From an uncultured Clostridia bacterium (lineage in GTDB: Bacteria; Bacillota; Clostridia; Oscillospirales; CAG-272): DNA of 64,000 bases. The notes beneath the pieces are model-generated. The model had not been told where the DNA came from, ran no database searches, and saw only the letters and a program-made list of their open reading frames with translations. A program made the translations under genes and the position numbers. Below, in pieces: positions 46,397 through 55,514 of the stretch. How positions within the stretch are numbered: position 1 is the stretch's first letter; every line of letters begins with the position of its first letter. The DNA lies in the NCBI GenBank assembly GCA_944391805.1, contig CALXUY010000065.1, positions 3,437-67,436 of the forward strand. The letters run 5' to 3'.

Positions 46397-48820
46397 ATGA
46401 ATTACAATCCAAACAGTACCGAGGTCAGACAGCAGATCGAGGGCGTGCTGCAGCGGCATTTCGGCTGCACGGCAGCAGAGGCCTCGCGTGAGCAGATGTA
46501 CAAGGCAACCGCCATTACCGTGCGCAATCTGCTCAGCGATAAACGGTCGGCATACAAAAAGAAGATCAACGCCGCGGGAGCCAAGCGGGTTTACTACATG
46601 TGCATGGAGTTTCTGCTCGGGCGATCCCTGAAAACCAATCTGTGCAACCTCGGTCTGGACAGCGCCTACGCCGCAGCGCTGCGCGGCATGGGCTTTTCGC
46701 TGGAGGATCTGTACGAGTGCGAGCCGGACGCCGGGCTGGGAAACGGAGGACTGGGGCGCTTGGCCGCCTGCTTCCTGGATTCGCTCTCCTCGCTCGATTA
46801 TCCCGCCACGGGCTTTTCGCTTTGCTATGAATACGGCCTGTTCAAGCAGATGATTGTGGACGGCATGCAGGTGGAGCTGCCGGATGTTTGGCTGCCCGGC
46901 GGCGAGGTCTGGCTCATTCCGCGCACCGACCGCATTTACAAGGTGCATTTCGGAGGCAGAGTCAATGAGAACTGGAAGGACGGACATTGCGAAATCACCT
47001 ATGAGGGCGGTGAGGAGTATGAGGCCGTGCCCTATGACATGATGATTTCGGGCGCCGACAGCACGGCGGTCAGCCAGCTTCGCCTGTGGCGGGCGCGCAA
47101 TATTCAGAATTTCAACATGGGGCTGTTCACCCAGGGGCAGTATGCCCAAGCGCTGGAGGAGAGCAACAACGCCGAGATCATCACCAAGGTGCTCTACCCC
47201 TCCGATAACCACACCGAGGGCAAGCTGCTCCGCCTGACCCAGCAGTATTTTCTGGTGTCAGCCTCTGTGCAGAGCATTCTGCGCGACCACCTCGCGCTCT
47301 ACGGAACGCTGGAGAACCTTTCCGAAAAGGTTGCAATCCACATCAACGACACACATCCGGCGCTCTGCATTCCCGAGCTGATGCGCATTCTGATCGACGA
47401 GCACTTTCTGTCATGGGAGCGTGCGTGGCAGATTGTCACCGAAACGGTTTCCTACACCAACCACACGGTGATGCCCGAAGCGCTGGAGACCTGGAACGAG
47501 GATCTGTTCAAGCTCCGCCTGCCCCGCATTTATATGATTGTCAAGGAGATCAACGAGCGCTTCTGCCGGGAGGCATGGTCGGTGTTCCCGGGCAACTGGG
47601 GGCGCATCTCCAAAATGAGCGTGGTGGGCTACAATCAGGTGCGCATGGCGAACCTTTCGGTCATCGGCTCGCATTCGGTCAACGGCGTGTCAAAGCTGCA
47701 CTCGGGCATTTTGCGGGAATCCACCTTCCGGGATTTTTATAAAATGTATCCCGACCGCTTCTGCAATGTGACCAACGGCGTGGCGCACCGGCGCTGGCTG
47801 TGCTATGCCAACCCGAGGCTGGCCGAGCTGGTGGCCGACTGTATCGGAGAGGGCTACCGCCACAACCCGCAGGAGCTGAGCGAGCTGGCAAAGTTTGCCG
47901 ACGATGCCTCGGTGCTCTCGCGCCTGCGCGCCATCAAGCACGGGAACAAGGTGGCTTTTGCCGATCTGCTTTTCCGGCGCACGGGGCAAAAGCTGGATAC
48001 CCATTCGGTGTTCGACGTGCAGATCAAACGGATGCACGAGTATAAGCGCCAGCTTCTCAACGCCATGCACATCATCGGGCTGTATCTCGATCTGAAGGAT
48101 CGGCCGGATTTGGATATGCAGCCGCAGACGTTTCTGTTCGGCGCCAAGGCCGCGCCGGGCTACGATATGGCCAAGCGCATCATCAAGCTGCTGTGTATGC
48201 TCAGCAAGGACATCGGCCAGCATCCCCGCATCCGGGAAAAGCTGAATGTGGTGTTCCTGGAGGATTACAATGTGAGCATGGCCGAGGCCCTGATTCCGTC
48301 GGCGGAAATCAGCGAGCAGATTTCTCTTGCAGGCAAGGAGGCCAGCGGAACCGGGTGCATGAAGTTGATGCTCAACGGCGCGCTGACCATCGGCACGCTG
48401 GATGGCGCCAATGTGGAAATGCAGGAGGCGGCGGGCAGTGAAAATATGTTCATTTTCGGCCTGTGCGCACAGGAGGTGGAGCAGCTCTGGCTCTCGGGCT
48501 ATCGCTCCACGCAGTATTACACCTCCAATGAGCGGTTGGCGCGCATCGTCAATTACCTGTCCACCGGCTTTGCGGGCGAGTCCTTTGCGGATATTGCCTC
48601 CTATTTGCTCAATGGCCACGGCATCGCCGACCCATATATGTGTATGGCGGATTTTGAATCCTACCGCCTGACGCATGAACGCATGATTCAGGCATATCAG
48701 GACAAGGCGCACTGGAACCGCATGTCGCTGCTCAACATTGCGGCTGCCGGGCAGTTTGCTGCTGACCGCTCGATTGAGGAGTATGCCCGGAATATCTGGC
48801 ATCTGACCAAGGTCAAATAA
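46397..48820 (+). CDS. glgP: Glycogen/alpha-glucan phosphorylase
   Basis: DAGLGNGGLGRLAAC, INDTHP, KRMHEYKRQ, EASGTGCMK (PLP lysine), GTLDGANVE. Confidence 0.97.
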   Translation: MNYNPNSTEVRQQIEGVLQRHFGCTAAEASREQMYKATAITVRNLLSDKRSAYKKKINAAGAKRVYYMCMEFLLGRSLKTNLCNLGLDSAYAAALRGMGFSLEDLYECEPDAGLGNGGLGRLAACFLDSLSSLDYPATGFSLCYEYGLFKQMIVDGMQVELPDVWLPGGEVWLIPRTDRIYKVHFGGRVNENWKDGHCEITYEGGEEYEAVPYDMMISGADSTAVSQLRLWRARNIQNFNMGLFTQGQYAQALEESNNAEIITKVLYPSDNHTEGKLLRLTQQYFLVSASVQSILRDHLALYGTLENLSEKVAIHINDTHPALCIPELMRILIDEHFLSWERAWQIVTETVSYTNHTVMPEALETWNEDLFKLRLPRIYMIVKEINERFCREAWSVFPGNWGRISKMSVVGYNQVRMANLSVIGSHSVNGVSKLHSGILRESTFRDFYKMYPDRFCNVTNGVAHRRWLCYANPRLAELVADCIGEGYRHNPQELSELAKFADDASVLSRLRAIKHGNKVAFADLLFRRTGQKLDTHSVFDVQIKRMHEYKRQLLNAMHIIGLYLDLKDRPDLDMQPQTFLFGAKAAPGYDMAKRIIKLLCMLSKDIGQHPRIREKLNVVFLEDYNVSMAEALIPSAEISEQISLAGKEASGTGCMKLMLNGALTIGTLDGANVEMQEAAGSENMFIFGLCAQEVEQLWLSGYRSTQYYTSNERLARIVNYLSTGFAGESFADIASYLLNGHGIADPYMCMADFESYRLTHERMIQAYQDKAHWNRMSLLNIAAAGQFAADRSIEEYARNIWHLTKVK

Positions 48821-48874
48821 AGGCTGTGCCGCGGATTTTGTTGGCTGCGGCATTCTGTACGGCAGGCACAGGAA

Positions 48875-48911
48875 AGGCGGCTGTCCTTCCCGGGAGGGGG
48901 GACAGCCGCCT
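48875..48911. terminator. Hairpin/terminator between convergent glgP and pdxT
   Basis: AGGCGGCTGTCC...GGACAGCCGCCT inverted repeat. Confidence 0.6.
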
Positions 48912-49084
48912 GCTCTGTGCTTTCTCCATGTTATTAAAGGTTTTTGAGGATTGTCAAGGACGAACTGTTCCGCTTGCGGAAAAGTCGCGGGGGCTTGCCG
49001 CCTTGCGAGAGAGGGCTCCGCGCCCTCGATCCGGGGATTTTTCGGAGGGAAGAGAAGGGGCTCTGCCGCAGGGGCGGATGCTCT

Positions 49085-49669
49085 TCAGCACCGGACTGCC
49101 TGATGTGCCCGGACCATATCCGCAAAATATGCATGCACCGACAGATCGCGGTTCAGCTCGGGATGGAAGGCGGTGACAAGCTGGTTCCCCTGTCTGGCCG
49201 CAACAATCTTTCCGCCGCATTCCGCAAGAATCTCCACACCGTCCGATACCGAATCGATGTAAGGCGCGCGGATAAAGGTCATCGGCAGCCTTCCGAGCCC
49301 CCTGAAGCTGCCTTCGTGATAAAAACTCCCGAGCTGACGGCCGTAGGCATTTCGCACCGCGACAATATCCATCGTTGCGAGATAGCTGCGGTTGTCGTTC
49401 CGGATGGCTTTTGCAAGCAGCAGCAGGCCCGCGCAGGTGCCGAACACGGGGAGTCCGTTTTCAATCCGGCGCCGGATGGGGTCAAGCAGCTCCAGCTCAC
49501 GCAGGAGCTTTCCTTGTACCGTGCTTTCCCCGCCGGGAATGATCAATCCGTCAAAGGGCGTTTTCAGATCGCTTTTCCGGCGCAGCTCTGTGGCGGTGAC
49601 GCCCAGCGCGGACAGCATCCGCTCATGCTCGATGAAAGCCCCCTGTAATGCGAGCACCGCAATGTTCAT
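49085..49669 (-). CDS. pdxT: PLP synthase glutaminase subunit
   Basis: LALQGAF, PGGEST, GTCAG, RNAYGRQ, FIRAP, FHPEL. Confidence 0.96.
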   Translation of the reverse strand: MNIAVLALQGAFIEHERMLSALGVTATELRRKSDLKTPFDGLIIPGGESTVQGKLLRELELLDPIRRRIENGLPVFGTCAGLLLLAKAIRNDNRSYLATMDIVAVRNAYGRQLGSFYHEGSFRGLGRLPMTFIRAPYIDSVSDGVEILAECGGKIVAARQGNQLVTAFHPELNRDLSVHAYFADMVRAHQAVRC

Positions 49670-50544
49670 GATTTTCCTCTTTCCGCCATGAGCAGCTCGA
49701 TTTCCTGCTCGTTGATTCCGACCATCGCTTCGCCGAGATCCTCGGAGAGCTCTGCCAGGAGCTTTGCGTCATTGAAATTGGTCACCGCCTTCACAATCGC
49801 GGCGGCTCTCTTTGCGGGGTTGCCCGATTTGAAGATGCCGGAGCCGACGAACACGCCCTCGGCGCCGAGCTGCATCATCAGCGCCGCGTCCGCGGGGGTT
49901 GCTACACCGCCTGCGGCAAAGTTCACCACGGGCAGTTTTTTGTGCTCGTGTACATACCGCACCAACGCAACCGGAACCTGCAATTGCCTGGCCGTGTCAA
50001 ACAGCTCATCCTCCGCCATGGAACCGATGCGGCGGATTTCGGCCTGCATCGCTCTCATGTGCCTGACCGCCTGAACGACGTCGCCCGTGCCCGGCTCGCC
50101 CTTGGTGCGGATCATGGACGCACCTTCGCTGATCCGGCGGAGCGCCTCTCCGAGGTCCCTCGCTCCACAGACAAACGGAACGAGAAATCCGGTTTTGTCG
50201 ATGTGGTATTTGTCGTCTGCCGGAGAGAGCACCTCGGATTCGTCAATGAAATCGATTTCAATCGCCTGCAGGATCTGTGCCTCGGCAAAATGACCGATGC
50301 GGCACTTTGCCATGACCGGAATCGAAACCGCCTGCTGAATTTCCCGGATCATTTTGGGGTCGCTCATCCGGGCAACGCCGCCTGCGGCGCGGATGTCCGC
50401 AGGGATTTTTTCCAGCGCCATTACGGCACAGGCCCCGGCCGCTTCCGCAATTTCTGCCTGCTCGGGGGAGGTCACATCCATAATCACACCACCCTTCAGC
50501 ATCTGTGCCAGATTTTTATTCAATTCATATCTGTTCTCTGCCAT
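49666..50544 (-). CDS. pdxS: PLP synthase lyase subunit
   Basis: [51 protein letters not shown]. Confidence 0.97.
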   Translation of the reverse strand: MAENRYELNKNLAQMLKGGVIMDVTSPEQAEIAEAAGACAVMALEKIPADIRAAGGVARMSDPKMIREIQQAVSIPVMAKCRIGHFAEAQILQAIEIDFIDESEVLSPADDKYHIDKTGFLVPFVCGARDLGEALRRISEGASMIRTKGEPGTGDVVQAVRHMRAMQAEIRRIGSMAEDELFDTARQLQVPVALVRYVHEHKKLPVVNFAAGGVATPADAALMMQLGAEGVFVGSGIFKSGNPAKRAAAIVKAVTNFNDAKLLAELSEDLGEAMVGINEQEIELLMAERGKS

Positions 50545-50638
50545 TTTTCAAAATCCTCCTTGATTTTCCGATAAAAACAGTATATAATATTTTTTGGCAT
50601 ATGAAAATAATCAGAATCGGAGAATTTTATATTACCAG

Positions 50639-51736
50639 ATGAAATACTGCGTTCATAAGCATGGCCCCGTTCCGGCCTATATTCAATTGTACAGACAGCT
50701 CTGGGATGATATTGTCGCCGGAAGCTACCCGTATCACACCAGAATGCCTTCCAAAAGAATGATCGCGGATGAAGTCGGCGTCAGTACCGTCACCGTGGAG
50801 CATGCATATGCGCTGCTTTGCGACGAGGGCTATGTTGAGGCCAGAGAACGCAGCGGATTTTTTGTGAGCTTCCGCGCTGACGACGGGTTTGCCGCCTGCT
50901 CCGAAGCAGAGGCCCCGCGCATGGTTGATCCGGTCTGTCGTCCGGATGACACGCCGCCGTTTCCCATTTCGGTGCTGACCAGAACCATGCGCAATGTCAT
51001 GAGCAATCTGGGGGAGGCGATCCTGCAAAGGTCGCCGAATCCCGGGTGTACCGAGCTTCGCCGGTCGATCGGGCAGTATCTTGCGAGAAGCCGGGGGATT
51101 GTCGCCGACACCCGGCAAATCGTCATCGGTTCGGGCTCGGAGTATCTGTACACGCTTATCGTCGAGCTGCTCGGCAGAGAACGGATGTATGCAATTGAGT
51201 CGCCGTCATATAAGAAGATCGAGCAGGTATACCGCGCGTCCGATGTCAGATATGAGATGCTTCGGCTCGGTCAGGACGGCATCGAGAGCGGCGCGCTCTG
51301 GACGTCGGGAGCGGACGTCCTCCATATCACGCCCTACCGCAGCTTCCCCAGCGGTATCACCGCATCGGCCTCCAAACGTCACGAATACCTGCGCTGGGCA
51401 GGCAGGGACGGCCGTTTTATCGTGGAGGATGATTTCGAATCGGAATTTTCGGTATCCAGAAAGCCGGAGGAAACCCTGTTCGGAAGCGCGGGGGATGAAA
51501 ATGTGATTTATATGAATACCTTTTCAAAAACCATATCCCCCGCCTTGCGCGTGGGATATATGGTGCTGCCCAAGCGGCTGGTTCCGGTGTTTGAAGAGAA
51601 GCTTGGCTTTTACTCCTGTACGGTCCCAACCTTTATCCAGTTTGTTTTGGCGGAGCTGATAGCAAACGGAGATTTTGAAAGGCACATCAACCGTGTCAGA
51701 AGATACAAGCGCAGGGAAGGCCTGACGAAGCCGTAG
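50639..51736 (+). CDS. pdxR: GntR/MocR PLP-dependent regulator (PdxR-like, short C-terminus)
   Basis: MPSKR...VSTVTVEHAYALL..EGY, VEDDFESEF, TFSKTISPALRVG; divergent from pdxST. Confidence 0.8.
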   Translation: MKYCVHKHGPVPAYIQLYRQLWDDIVAGSYPYHTRMPSKRMIADEVGVSTVTVEHAYALLCDEGYVEARERSGFFVSFRADDGFAACSEAEAPRMVDPVCRPDDTPPFPISVLTRTMRNVMSNLGEAILQRSPNPGCTELRRSIGQYLARSRGIVADTRQIVIGSGSEYLYTLIVELLGRERMYAIESPSYKKIEQVYRASDVRYEMLRLGQDGIESGALWTSGADVLHITPYRSFPSGITASASKRHEYLRWAGRDGRFIVEDDFESEFSVSRKPEETLFGSAGDENVIYMNTFSKTISPALRVGYMVLPKRLVPVFEEKLGFYSCTVPTFIQFVLAELIANGDFERHINRVRRYKRREGLTKP

Positions 51737-51865
51737 CGCCGCAGGGCGGTTGTATCGGTGGCGGAACAAAACACCGGCAACGGTAATGCGCAAAACGGAA
51801 AAATAGTAACAAATTTCAGTAACAAAATGAGCAAAAACAAGATTTGACAGGCATAATTGGCATGG

Positions 51866-51912
51866 AAAAAGCCCTTATTTCTCCCGAAATGACGGTGAAA
51901 TAAGGGCTTTTT
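51866..51912. terminator. Bidirectional terminator-like inverted repeat
   Basis: AAAAAGCCCTTATTTC / GAAATAAGGGCTTTTT, perfect 16-bp arms. Confidence 0.75.
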
Positions 51913-52015
51913 ACTTGTGCTTGAGGCTTGTTTTCGCTGTCCACTCAAACATCGGGGAATGAAGCATGGTATTTTGCCGTACATTCCCCGACTGTTGGGA
52001 GCGGCAGCTTGCCGC

Positions 52016-52107
52016 TGGCGGAGAAGGAGAGATTTGAACTCTCGCGCCGGTATAGCCGGCCTACACCCTTAGCAGGGGCGCCTCTTCGGCCTCTTGAGTA
52101 CTTCTCC
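52016..52107 (-). tRNA. tRNA-Ser (GCT)
   Basis: GGAGAAG...CGCCC-CTGCTAA-GGGTG, long variable arm, GAGAGTTCAAATCTCTC, CTTCTCC-GCCA. Confidence 0.97.
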
Positions 52108-52154
52108 AAATACTCCTGCGAGATGCCGGTTGCATTCTCTCGCAGATTTCTTAT

Positions 52155-52183
52155 ATTATACACATTTTTACCGGCTTTGTCAA
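52155..52183 (-). promoter_or_regulatory. Consensus sigma-A promoter of tRNA-Ser
   Basis: TTGACA-17 bp-TATAAT on the minus strand. Confidence 0.85.
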
Positions 52184-52406
52184 GAGCTTTTTGCATTTTT
52201 TCTTGTCTGCCTTTCAAAATGTTTTCCGATCGGCTGATGCCGGATGGCTGTACCGCTCGGAATGAATGTCGATTCCACTCATATATTGACCGCAGCGGCC
52301 TCTCACGGTTAAAAAAAGGCGCTTTCAGCAACGGATGATCCGATATCGAAGCTCCCATTTTGTAATAGCGTAAGAAAACGGGATGCTCGATATCGGATCG
52401 CGTCGG

Positions 52407-52644
52407 TTAAGGCAACACCGCACAATTCTGATTGTGCGCCGCTTGCGGCTCTCTGCATGTCAGATTTTTCGTGGGGCAAGCCAAAACGACGCTGGCAATA
52501 GTGAATCTGATTGCAACAAGCTGCGCTTGTAGGAGATTTGTGCATGCCCCCAGCCTGCCGGCGGAAAGATGCAAAAAGTTGTATCATCAATGGCGAAAGG
52601 CTTTCCTGCGGAAAGCCGCCGTGAATTGCGCGGTGTTGCCTTAA
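52407..52644. mobile_element. MITE copy 3
   Basis: TTAAGGCAACACCGCACAATTC ... GAATTGCGCGGTGTTGCCTTAA; internal blocks shared with copy 2. Confidence 0.85.
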
Positions 52645-53530
52645 GGATGAACCAACTTTTTTTGTGAAAAATATTCCTTTGGCGGAACGCCGACCACTCG
52701 CTTGAAGGCGCGGGTGTATGCCTGTGGATTGGCAAAGCCGATTTGATATGCCACATCGGTGATGGTCTGCCCGCTTTCTTCCATCATTCGGATGCTTTCC
52801 TCAATTTTCTTGCGGCAGATGTATTGCTGCAGTGTGATTCCCATTTGCTGCTTGAAGCAGTGCGACAGATAGGATGCGCTGTAATTGAATTTCTGCACAA
52901 TTTCTCCGATGCTCTGAATGGTCCGGATCGAGCTGTCGATGTAGAGCATGACCGCATACATCGAAATCCCGCCGGAGCCGTCGGCAATCTCGTTGCGGTA
53001 GTTTTTGCGGGACTGCGAAAGATAGATGCGCATGACAGACACCGCTAACTCATTGAGGCAGCACTCTATCATCAGGCTGTGGCAGAGCGAAGCATTGTAA
53101 TATTCGTTCAGACATCGGCTGAAAAGCAGCATGATCTCATGATCTCCCTTCATAATATTGACAGGGGGGCCTGGTAAAAGGAATCGATCAGCCGGGTATC
53201 GTCGTTCAGGGCACCGTTGCAAATGCTGAAGCCGATGAACATATACCGGAAATGGTGATTGGAAAATACCTCGTGCTGTACGCCGACCGGGGTGATAAAC
53301 AAATCTCCCTCATGCACCTCATATTCCTTCCCGTCAATCGAGGTCATTCCTTCTCCGGAAATCACGTAGGAAATTTCATAGCACCACTGTACGTGTGGAT
53401 CACAGCGATAGCCCGGCTCACAATCCTGTTCGCCAATCTGGTGGATCAGGTAGTTCCCGATTCGGTCCGGTTTGCCGATGAATTGTTTTTCATATCTGGA
53501 CCGGATTCCGTTCAAAGACGGTGGTTTCAT
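52641..53530 (-). pseudogene. AraC family regulator (cupin + HTH), frameshifted at C6 tract 53164-53169
   Basis: The cupin ORF (PHVQWCYEISYVISGEG...QHEV) ends at 53150; the HTH ORF (YLSHCFK...FANPQAYTRAFKR) is in another frame. One extra C restores ...YQAPPVNIMKG. Confidence 0.8.
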
Positions 53531-53966
53531 CTGACACTCCTCCTGTGTATTTGCTGCCATTTGAGGGAAGCGAGGCGGTGCGTGATCTCCTGTGGTTATG
53601 GCCGTGCGGGGATTTTGCACTTCCTTTTGCACACAATATGCTTCCTGCCATGAGAAACAACATTCCCTCTGAAAATATTATATCAAAAAAATATGGGATT
53701 GCAAGACAGAAAATGCGTAAAATATCCAAAATTTACGAAAAATATGGAGGTGCGGAAGAATGGGCAATTTGTCGAAAACAAAGGAAACAGATGATAAAAA
53801 CACAAATAATCGAGAAATGACATCCTGTTTTTGTTTGAAATCAATAAAAAGCAGATTGGGGTAAGTATAATGCCGCATTCGGGTATTGTATTTGCGAATG
53901 AACGGTGCTATCATTAAAGCATACCGGAAGCCGGAGAAGAACCGGCTCGGGAGAAAGGAGCAGAAT

Positions 53967-55511
53967 ATGATGAAACGATCCATTCTTACGTCGGTATTCC
54001 TGTCTCTTCTGGCGCTGACGCTGCTGCTGTCAGCCTGCGGTGACAAGGAAATCAGCCCGCCGCCGGATGCAACCCAGCCGTCTGACGTCACGACCGCCGG
54101 AGGCGATCCCGGAACCGGTGATGTGCCGGATATTCCGATTATGGATTTTGACGGCAGCGAGGTGGTGTTTCTGACACGGAATTCCGAGTGCGGGGACTTT
54201 GAAACCTGGGATTTGCTCGAAACCGACCTGCAGGGGGATTCCATGAACGCGGCAATTGTCCGGCGAAACAGCTATATTCAGGATACCTATGACGTTTCCA
54301 TCGTGCAGCGTCAGTATGGAGGCAGCGTCAACGAAGGGGAGATGTACACCGCTATCTATAACAACTTTTTCAACGGCGGCGCGGCGGCAGAGGATGCTTT
54401 TCACGTAGCCTACTGTGGCGTGACCGATGCCATTCGCTTGGCGGCCAGCGGTATTTTCTATGATCTGAGCGAGCTTCCGTACATCGATCTTGCCTCTTCC
54501 TGGTGGGATGCTGAGGCCATGAGCAGCCTCACCATTGCCAACCGGTATTATTTCGGTGTGGGGGATATTTCGGTACAGCTTTACGATACGCTTCCGTGTC
54601 TGGTATTCAATAAGATGATGGCGCAGGATTACACCACTCCCGACGAGCTGTATCGCATGGTGGAGGAGGGGAACTGGACCTATGAGGAATTTTACTCCAT
54701 CATTCGGGAGGTATACAGCGATGCAGACGATGTGGCCGGACCGTCTGTAGGGGACCGCTTCGGAGCGGGTGGACAGAATGACAACCTCTATTGCTTCTTT
54801 TATGGCAGCGGCTGCCGCACCGTGACGACCAATCAGAACGGAGATCCCGAGCTGACGATCTACAGCGAGCAGAATAACACCGTGTTTACCGATCTGTTTG
54901 AGCTGCTGACCGACCGAGAGGCCTTTTTCAACTGCAACGATTATGCCAACGTTCCGGGCTGGGAATCCTCACCGATCGAGTTTGTCATCGACGGCTTTAT
55001 CGGCGGCCGGGTGCTGTTCTATTCGGACGGTCTGCTGCATTTGCCCGAGCTGAGGGAGGCCAGCTTTGAGTTCGGCATTCTCCCGGTGCCCAAGTATACG
55101 GCCGGGCAGGAGTCCTATTATCACCTCATCGGTATGTGGGGAGCCACTCTGGTAACGGTGCCTGCCGGCTGCCCCGATGTGAAAATGACGGCTCTTTTGC
55201 TGGAGGCTATGGGCGCGCAGTCCGAAAAAACGGTTGCCACCGAGTATTTTGAGCAGAAGCTGGCGCTGCAGAGCGTGCGGGACAGTGAAAGCGCAGGCTC
55301 GCTTGGCATTATCATCGACACCAAGGGCTTTGATATGGGGCAGTGCTTCCGATGGAACGATCTCCATCTGATTCTGGGAGACTGCCTGACGCAGAAAAAC
55401 AATTCCTTTTATTCCAACTATCAGGGCAAGGTTTCCGGCATCCAGATTGAAATGAACAAAACCATATCCGCGTATCAGTCATTGCCGCATTACATTGAAT
55501 TGGAGGATTGA
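53967..55511 (+). CDS. Extracellular solute-binding lipoprotein (family 1-like, sugar)
   Basis: Lipobox LSAC; DLSELPYID..SWWD, FNK, VEEGNWT, FGILPVPK, VRD.ES. Confidence 0.8.
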   Translation: MMKRSILTSVFLSLLALTLLLSACGDKEISPPPDATQPSDVTTAGGDPGTGDVPDIPIMDFDGSEVVFLTRNSECGDFETWDLLETDLQGDSMNAAIVRRNSYIQDTYDVSIVQRQYGGSVNEGEMYTAIYNNFFNGGAAAEDAFHVAYCGVTDAIRLAASGIFYDLSELPYIDLASSWWDAEAMSSLTIANRYYFGVGDISVQLYDTLPCLVFNKMMAQDYTTPDELYRMVEEGNWTYEEFYSIIREVYSDADDVAGPSVGDRFGAGGQNDNLYCFFYGSGCRTVTTNQNGDPELTIYSEQNNTVFTDLFELLTDREAFFNCNDYANVPGWESSPIEFVIDGFIGGRVLFYSDGLLHLPELREASFEFGILPVPKYTAGQESYYHLIGMWGATLVTVPAGCPDVKMTALLLEAMGAQSEKTVATEYFEQKLALQSVRDSESAGSLGIIIDTKGFDMGQCFRWNDLHLILGDCLTQKNNSFYSNYQGKVSGIQIEMNKTISAYQSLPHYIELED

Positions 55512-55514
55512 GTG

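Noticed and set aside
44930-47212. 760-aa minus-strand ORF and many similar long antisense ORFs (e.g. 17266-18708, 30145-31608, 42432-44024, 57187-58620)
   Set aside because: Shadow frames opposite well-supported GC-rich genes; no motifs or RBS.
48940-49084. GC-rich hairpins (GAGGGC-TCCGC-GCCCTC) after glgP as another REP copy
   Set aside because: No convincing alignment to the 18525-19114 arms and no second copy seen in the window.
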